NCBI GenBank assembly: GCA_030666865.1
Contig: DAOUWZ010000002.1
Span: forward strand, 24,691-88,690
DNA length: 64,000 bases
Origin: a bacterium
GTDB taxonomy: Bacteria; Patescibacteriota; Patescibacteriia; S139-126
Reading direction: 5' to 3'
Shown here: positions 58,287-64,000 of the stretch, piece after piece
How the letters are laid out: each line of letters begins with the position of its first letter
How positions within the stretch are numbered: the stretch's first letter is position 1
Made by a program: the position numbers and the translations under genes
The notes under the pieces: generated by a model
What the model was told of the DNA's origin: nothing
Database searches by the model: none
Seen by the model: the letters and a program-made list of their open reading frames with translations, nothing else

Positions 58287-59433
58287 AATAAAAAAAACTA
58301 GCAAGATTAGTAAAACAACAGCAAAAGCATCAATATCAAAAGTTAATAGACAAATAACTGTTGGTTTTGTAGTAGTAACAATTTTACTAATTTTGATGAT
58401 TGGTTATTTTTCTCTATCCAAGGCTAATATTTATCTAACTCCTGACAAAAATACAATTCATACTAATATGGAAATTGAAGTTATGCCTGAAGTAACCTCT
58501 ACTCTGACAAGTTCAAATATTTTACCTGGAGAAATTAAAAAATTCGAAACTGAAAAAACCGGAAAATATAAACCAAGCCAGGAAACTATACAAACAAAAA
58601 AATCTAATGGGACTGTCAAATTGATAAACAATTATTCAAAAGATCAGACTTTGGTAGCAACTACCAGATTATTGACTCCTGACAATCTACTTTTCCGCAC
58701 TATCGAAAGTGTGGTAGTTCCAGCTGGAGGTGAAATTCTAGTTAATATTGAAGCTGATGAAATAGGGACAAAATATGAAATCGGTCCAACCAAATTTACT
58801 ATTCCAGGGCTTTGGGAGGGACTGCGTGATAAAATATATGGAATATCAGAATCTCCAATGTCAGAATCAACAACCAAAGTAAAAATAGTTTCATCAGAAG
58901 ATCTTGAACTTGCTAAACAAGATTTGACCAATAAAATAACAATTGAAGCTAAAAATGAATATTCCAGTCCTGATCATATTGTTTTAGTAAAAATACAAAC
59001 ATCTTCTATCAATTCAACAGCTAAAATAAATGAAGAAATAGAAAATTTTGACTTTTCATTAAATGCTGAGGTTTCAATAGTAAAATTTCTTAAACAAGAT
59101 ATGGAAACTATTGCGATTAATAATTTAAAAATAATAACTTTAAATAATCAAGAATATTTAAGCTATAATCCTAGCTCTATTAAATATGATTTGCTAAAAA
59201 TAAATCATAATGCCAAAGCTGCTACTATTTCAGTTGACATATCAGGACTAGCAACTTCCAAAATTGATAATCTATATAAAAAAAGTGACATTCTGGGATT
59301 GGCAGAACCTGATGTAGAAAAATACTTTAAAAAAATTAACGGCATTGATGTAGTCAAAGTTAAATTTTCGCCTTCTTGGGTAAAATCTGTTCCCCCGCTT
59401 GAAGATCACGTAAATATTGAAATTGTAAAATAA
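58279..59433 (+). CDS. Hypothetical membrane-anchored protein of 384 aa, overlapping the dnaE stop by 8 nt.
   Basis: An N-terminal TM segment (VGFVVVTILLILMIGYF) and a Ser/Thr/Lys-rich extracytoplasmic domain. Confidence 0.45.
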   Translation: MAKIKKTSKISKTTAKASISKVNRQITVGFVVVTILLILMIGYFSLSKANIYLTPDKNTIHTNMEIEVMPEVTSTLTSSNILPGEIKKFETEKTGKYKPSQETIQTKKSNGTVKLINNYSKDQTLVATTRLLTPDNLLFRTIESVVVPAGGEILVNIEADEIGTKYEIGPTKFTIPGLWEGLRDKIYGISESPMSESTTKVKIVSSEDLELAKQDLTNKITIEAKNEYSSPDHIVLVKIQTSSINSTAKINEEIENFDFSLNAEVSIVKFLKQDMETIAINNLKIITLNNQEYLSYNPSSIKYDLLKINHNAKAATISVDISGLATSKIDNLYKKSDILGLAEPDVEKYFKKINGIDVVKVKFSPSWVKSVPPLEDHVNIEIVK

Positions 59434-59460
59434 TAATAAAAAAAAATTATAAAGTAAAAA

Positions 59461-59490
59461 GTCACCAGCCCTTAGACTGGTGACTTTTAT
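59461..59490 (+). terminator. Rho-independent terminator gtcaccagccc-tt-agactggtgac + ttttat.
   Basis: A perfect stem 28 nt after the stop. Confidence 0.7.
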
Positions 59491-59603
59491 CTATATGCGA
59501 TGCAAACAGGTTGTTTTGGCGTGGTTGATAACGAATATAGTGTTTAACACCTATCTATAGACAATTTTTATTGTTATACAAATCTAACCATTTTGTCAAA
59601 AAC

Positions 59604-59631
59604 TTGACTATGCCATAAAATAGCGTATAAT
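59604..59631 (+). promoter_or_regulatory. Sigma-70-like promoter for the thrS leader: TTGACT, 16-nt spacer, TATAAT.
   Basis: Consensus -35 and -10 hexamers read directly from the sequence. Confidence 0.45.
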
Positions 59632-59639
59632 ACAAATAC

Positions 59640-59862
59640 TAGAATATATTTTTTGGAAAACTTCTTTAAGAGAGAAAAAGTCCTGGGCTGTAAGCTTTTT
59701 CAAGAATAAGTCCAAAAAATACCAACTAGACCAGTTCTGCTAAAACTGGAAAATACAATATTGACTTAAATGAGTGGTCTGATGTTTAATCAGACAATTT
59801 GGGTGGAACCGTCCCGCGACCGCGGGACCCCGAAAACTAGATGTTTTTCGGGTTTTTTTATT
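59640..59862 (+). ncRNA. T-box riboswitch leader upstream of thrS.
   Basis: The T-box sequence aatttGGGTGGaACCGtCCCGCG (59795-59818) is followed by a terminator helix (gggaccccgaaaa/ttttcggg + T7). An AGAGA-containing stem I region and an ACC-A candidate specifier (ataccaacta) lie upstream. Confidence 0.55.
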
Positions 59863-60172
59863 AAAAAAGGGATTAATTTCAAAATTAACCCCAAATCAAC
59901 AAAACATTATTTATCACTCTTTTACACCAGAGTATTAATGAATTTTCCAATTCATCACTTGGAACTATAAATGAACGTTTTGTCTTAGAAATTCTAATAG
60001 ATTCTATTTCGGTAATTCTCAATACTTCACCATAGAATCTTGAATTTTCTGGCAACTTCTTATTGAGAACGAAATAGATATTTCCACCACGCTGATAAAT
60101 TCTGCTAATGTGCATTGTCCCCTCTCCCTATTTATTTTATATTCATAAAATTAATAACTAATAATCAATCAT

Positions 60173-61978
60173 ATGTCAAACAAAAAAAAATTAGAAATCA
60201 TCCGCCACTCCCTAGCCCATGTGATGGCGGCTAGCGTCTTGAAACTTTGGCCTCAGACTCGTTTTGGTGTTGGCCCAATCATTGACAATGGATTTTATTA
60301 TGATATAGAAATTCCTGGCACTTCTCTAAAAGAACAGGATTTGAAAAAAATTGCTAAAACCATGAAAAAAATGATTCAAAGCAAAGAATCTTTTACCCAT
60401 AGTGAAATCGCTATTGATGAAGCAATTGCTAAATTTTCTAAACTAAATCAGCCATACAAAATTGAACTCTTAAATAATTTGAAAACAAAAGGCTCAACCC
60501 GTCTAGATGATGCTGAACAAAAAGTAATGCCTCAAGGCGAATCAAAAATTTCCTTATACCAAACAGGTGAATTTTTAGACTTATGCAAAGGTCCTCATGT
60601 TGAAGACTCCGGCGAATTAAAAAATATTGCTTTCTGTCTGCATAAGCTAGCTGGCGCTTATTGGCGTGGCAATGAAGAGAATCAAATGCTTACCAGAATT
60701 TATGGACTGGCTTTTGCTTCTCAAACAGAACTAGATGAACATTTAGAATTATTAGCCGAAGCGGAAAAACGTGATCATCGTAAGCTTGGCCGAGAACTTG
60801 AACTATTTGTTTTTTCAGATCTGATTGGACCGGGCTTGCCGATTTACACGCCAAAAGGGACAATTATTAGAAATGAAATTATAAATTTTTCTCGTGAACT
60901 CCAATCAGCTATTGGCTATGAAGAAGTACACTCACCGCAAATGAATAAAGCTGAACTTTTCAAAACTTCTGGCCATTATGAAAAATTCAAAGATGATATG
61001 ATTTTAGCAAAATCTCACTATACTGATGAAGAATATTTTCTAAAACCAATGAACTGTCCGCAGCATACTCAAATTTACGCTTCCCAAAAACGCAGCTATC
61101 GGAATCTACCATTGCGTTATGCTGATTTTGCCAATCTATTTCGCGATGAAAAACCTGGCGAACTGGCGGGACTAACTCGCCTTCGGTGTTTTTCTCAAGA
61201 CGATGGTCATAGCTTTTGCCGCGAAGATCAAATTGAACAAGAATTCAAATATGTCCTTAATATCGTAAAACAAGCGCTTGACACTTATGGACTGGATTAT
61301 CAAATAAGACTTTCTCTTTGGGATGAAGACAACCAAGACAAATATCTAGGTGACAAAAAAATATGGAACAAATCTCAAAAACTTTTGGAAAAATTACTTA
61401 TTGACAATAAAGTCAAATATTTTGTGGCTGAAGGTGAAGCTGCTTTCTATGGACCAAAAATGGACATTATTGCTACTGACGCACTGAAACGCGAGTTTCA
61501 AATATCCACCATCCAACTTGATTTTAATATGCCAAAAAGATTTGAATTGAAATATACTGATGACAAAGGTAAAGAACAAACTCCGGTAATGATTCATAGA
61601 GCTATTGTTGGTTCACCAGAAAGATTTATGGGAATTTTAATAGAACATTATGGCGGTGTTTTCCCAGTTTGGCTATCCCCTGTTCAAGTCAGTATAATTT
61701 CAGTTGGTGAAGATCACCAAGAATACTGCGAAAAATTAAGCCAAAAATTAAAAGATGCCGATATTCGAGTAGAAGTAGATAGTGCTGATGCCACAGTAGG
61801 AAATAAAATTAGAAAAGCTGTTAAACAAAAAATTCCTTATATACTGGTTATCGGTGATAAGGAGATAAATTCAGATGATTTAATGGTTAGGGTCAGAGGA
61901 CGGAAAAATCTACTTAAAATATCCGAATCTAAATTTATCACCAAAATTCAAACAGAAATAACAAACCGAACTAAGTGA
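60173..61978 (+). CDS. thrS: Threonyl-tRNA synthetase.
   Basis: Class II aaRS motifs, the editing/second additional domain (HSLAHVMAA) and a C-terminal anticodon-binding domain, in 601 aa. Confidence 0.9.
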   Translation: MSNKKKLEIIRHSLAHVMAASVLKLWPQTRFGVGPIIDNGFYYDIEIPGTSLKEQDLKKIAKTMKKMIQSKESFTHSEIAIDEAIAKFSKLNQPYKIELLNNLKTKGSTRLDDAEQKVMPQGESKISLYQTGEFLDLCKGPHVEDSGELKNIAFCLHKLAGAYWRGNEENQMLTRIYGLAFASQTELDEHLELLAEAEKRDHRKLGRELELFVFSDLIGPGLPIYTPKGTIIRNEIINFSRELQSAIGYEEVHSPQMNKAELFKTSGHYEKFKDDMILAKSHYTDEEYFLKPMNCPQHTQIYASQKRSYRNLPLRYADFANLFRDEKPGELAGLTRLRCFSQDDGHSFCREDQIEQEFKYVLNIVKQALDTYGLDYQIRLSLWDEDNQDKYLGDKKIWNKSQKLLEKLLIDNKVKYFVAEGEAAFYGPKMDIIATDALKREFQISTIQLDFNMPKRFELKYTDDKGKEQTPVMIHRAIVGSPERFMGILIEHYGGVFPVWLSPVQVSIISVGEDHQEYCEKLSQKLKDADIRVEVDSADATVGNKIRKAVKQKIPYILVIGDKEINSDDLMVRVRGRKNLLKISESKFITKIQTEITNRTK

Positions 61979-62185
61979 TGTGCCACCAGCGCTGCTGGTG
62001 GCTTCTATCCTATCCGCTACGCGGGCAGATATCATTCTCGTTGTTAAAGTCTGATGTACTGTATAAAACATGTTACCCTTCGACAAGCTCAGGGAATAAC
62101 ATGTTTTTAATACTGTTTGTTCTGCACATCCTTACCCACAGTGATACCGGGGGTTTTCTTTTTATTAATAATTTTATAACACAAA

Positions 62186-62225
62186 CATAAACCCAGCTTA
62201 GGGAGCTCCCTAAGCTGGGTTTATG
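62186..62225. terminator. Perfect 40-nt palindrome cataaacccagcttagggagctccctaagctgggtttatg, a bidirectional terminator.
   Basis: It lies between convergent thrS and the 62365..63495 gene. Two further hairpins sit at 61981-62002 and 62068-62110. Confidence 0.65.
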
Positions 62226-62364
62226 TTATTAAAATGGAAGAGTGGTTACCTGTCCGTCTCTGGAAAAGGGATGCCTACTTGTCGGCAGATAGAAATTTCA
62301 TTTTTCAAAACACCTTATGATAATAGGTATTCTCTGCTATTACTCTGGATCTAATTACAATTCA

Positions 62365-63495
62365 TTAATCTAATTCTTTAGTTATTACGAATGGCTTATG
62401 TCCAAACCTTTCAGAAGTAATATACCAAGGACTGTCTACCAATTTTGCACTTCCATCAGCCGGATCAATCACATATTTGCTTTCAACTTTCCATGGAATA
62501 ATCCATAAAAATTTAGCAGGTTGTTTAACGCTTAAGTCATAAATTGCTTTTTCGTTCTCAATCCTAAGTGAAAGATCTTTAATGAGAACTTTCGGTTTTT
62601 CAACTCTCAAATCATAAATCGCGGAGTAAATTTCAGACGGGTTAACTCTCAAATCATGCACTTCCTCATTATGAAGCAAATACAATTTTTTATCTTGAAC
62701 TTTAAAATCAGAATAAACTGGCATCATCACTTCTTTTTCTTTATATAAGAATTTAAACTCTGCTGATTTTAGGCCAGGAATTACTTTTAAGTCATATACT
62801 TTCCCATCTGTGATTGCAGAATGAATCTCTAATTCAATAGGAGGCATAACTTCTTTTTCTCTAACAATTTCTTTATAATCAATTATTTGCTCGTCATTTA
62901 CAATAATTCTATTATTAACTAGCTTAAACTCAACTGGCTGATCAACTCTTAAATCAAAAATCGGCTGAATAACTTCATCTCCTTTGAATATTGGTTTATT
63001 TACTTCTTTTGTTTCCAACTTGTAGACAACTTTTTCATCTTCAAGTACAGGTTCTACTACCAAATTTTCAATTGCGGAAAATACTGGAGAAAATATTTCA
63101 GCAGGATTAACTCTTAAATCAAAAATCGCGGATTGAATCTCAGGAGTTACTTTTTTATCTGTTTTAATATAAATTTTAGTTGGATCTAATACTTCCTTTT
63201 CTCTAAAAATCGCTTCTGTATTAAATTCAACTGCTGAGTATACTTCTGACTCAGTCTCTTCTCCTATATAAACATCATATTCAGTTACAACTGCCCCTCT
63301 ATCTTGCTCCTTATCAGAAATCGGCTTATTCACAACAGGATTAGTTATTCCAGAATTCACTTCTTGGTTGCTTATTGGCATATTAACTGTCTGTGTATTA
63401 ACCTCCTGCGCTAAAACAGGAAATACAACAAACGATACAAACAAAAATACCGTTATTACAGTTGCTGTAAAATTTTTCATTTTTTTGTACCTCAT
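62365..63495 (-). CDS. Secreted protein with short internal repeats (IYDLRVxxP-like), hypothetical.
   Basis: A signal peptide (MKNFTATVITVFLFVSFVVFPVLAQ) and repeated motifs DLRVNPAEIFS, DLRVDQPVEF, YDLRVEKP, YDLSVKQP and YDLKVIPG. Confidence 0.45.
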   Translation of the reverse strand: MRYKKMKNFTATVITVFLFVSFVVFPVLAQEVNTQTVNMPISNQEVNSGITNPVVNKPISDKEQDRGAVVTEYDVYIGEETESEVYSAVEFNTEAIFREKEVLDPTKIYIKTDKKVTPEIQSAIFDLRVNPAEIFSPVFSAIENLVVEPVLEDEKVVYKLETKEVNKPIFKGDEVIQPIFDLRVDQPVEFKLVNNRIIVNDEQIIDYKEIVREKEVMPPIELEIHSAITDGKVYDLKVIPGLKSAEFKFLYKEKEVMMPVYSDFKVQDKKLYLLHNEEVHDLRVNPSEIYSAIYDLRVEKPKVLIKDLSLRIENEKAIYDLSVKQPAKFLWIIPWKVESKYVIDPADGSAKLVDSPWYITSERFGHKPFVITKELD

Positions 63496-63567
63496 AATTT
63501 TTTAAATTAATTATTAAAGCCACTACTATACTATAGTATATATTATTATTCAAATCATATAAAACCC

Positions 63568-63789
63568 TTACTGTGACAATAATGAGGTGGTTTCACAATT
63601 ATATGTCATTCCATAACACAAATCATTATAAGAACCTTTAAGTAATCGTTGGCGCTCAAAACCAATACAATCACAGTAAGCAACACCCGAGCCATCAACC
63701 CAAATTCCTTTACTACTTGACTTTGGGAAGAAAAAAATTATCAAACCTACTACAATTATTATAACAATAATTGGAGTTAATTTTTTCAT
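63568..63789 (-). CDS. Small secreted cysteine-containing protein of 73 aa, hypothetical.
   Basis: A signal peptide/TM segment and 4 Cys in the mature 45 aa (CDC...C...C). Confidence 0.3.
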   Translation of the reverse strand: MKKLTPIIVIIIVVGLIIFFFPKSSSKGIWVDGSGVAYCDCIGFERQRLLKGSYNDLCYGMTYNCETTSLLSQ

Positions 63790-63826
63790 TTTTTTCTCTA
63801 TGACGATTATGTTAAAAATAAAAACT

Positions 63827-64000
63827 TATTCTGAAATAGGTCGTGCAATACCTGTTTTATAAAGAGAGTTTAATTCTGTGTCAGACAGCGCGTAATCATA
63901 GATTTTTACTTCGTCAATAATGCCGTTGAAAAATTCGCTAAGTCTACCAGAGGCTTCTCTCGCGCCAATAGTAATGAAATCATTACTGTTCCCAACAGAT
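63827..64000 (-). CDS. C-terminal fragment of a LamG/concanavalin-like domain protein; the gene continues past the window end.
   Basis: The reverse-strand translation ...GRLSEFFNGIIDEVKIYDYALSDTELNSLYKTG resembles the C-terminus of a LamG-like domain. Confidence 0.35.

Noticed and set aside
59770-59970. ORF 59770-59970 (66 aa) upstream of thrS
   Set aside because: It overlaps the T-box/terminator leader RNA and has no coding signal.
1-64000. CRISPR arrays, rRNA genes, IS/transposase or integrase genes, alternative genetic code
   Set aside because: I found no regularly spaced direct repeats with unique spacers, no rRNA-like conserved blocks, and no transposase or integrase ORFs. Long ORFs are intact under the standard code, so TGA recoding is not indicated.

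Overview
This is a low-GC (~30-33%), gene-dense window, about 90% coding with small intergenic gaps and many 1-8 nt gene overlaps. It reads as a streamlined monoderm genome and could be Patescibacteria/CPR-like, but no phylogenetic marker in the window settles this. There is no rRNA and no CRISPR. One tRNA is present, a tRNA-Glu at 812-886.

Recognisable content:
- **Core housekeeping genes:**
  - a division and cell wall (dcw) cluster (mraZ-rsmH-ftsL-ftsI-murF);
  - rplJ-rplL;
  - rpsB-tsf-pyrH-ricT-gap;
  - a glycolytic block (pgk, eno, two tandem but divergent gpmI paralogs) that has a type IV pilin gene inside it;
  - rpmE-prfA-prmC;
  - rplY, a FliA-like sigma factor and rodA;
  - dnaE;
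  - a thrS that carries a T-box leader.
- **Accessory insert (~10 kb, 29.4-39.3 kb):** this sits between gap and pgk, where the two genes are adjacent in the canonical operon. It holds a tightly coupled five-gene operon (unknown 178-aa protein, two-domain nitroreductase, E1/ThiF-like adenylyltransferase with an N-terminal extension, Glu/Leu/Phe/Val-type amino-acid dehydrogenase, PaaK/F390-synthetase-like adenylate-forming enzyme). After it come an orphan histidine kinase, DUF2892, DUF2207 and a small methyltransferase. This five-gene operon is my best candidate for an undescribed biosynthetic or modification system.
- **Compositional island (13.0-18.2 kb):** GC is clearly higher here. It encodes surface or secreted proteins, including a 931-aa PEGA-domain lipoprotein with an internal ~480-bp tandem duplication, and it is bounded by two near-identical hairpins.

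Non-coding features worth noting:
- Two families of GC-rich palindromic repeats are scattered through intergenic DNA. Family A is CCTGCCTGCCGGCAGGCAGG-like. Family B shares the exact 15-mer ctcagactcgaggag between two copies.
- A cluster of four DnaA boxes lies upstream of mraZ.
- pgpA is split across two reading frames.
- Strong bidirectional terminator hairpins occur at several points, several of them perfect palindromes.
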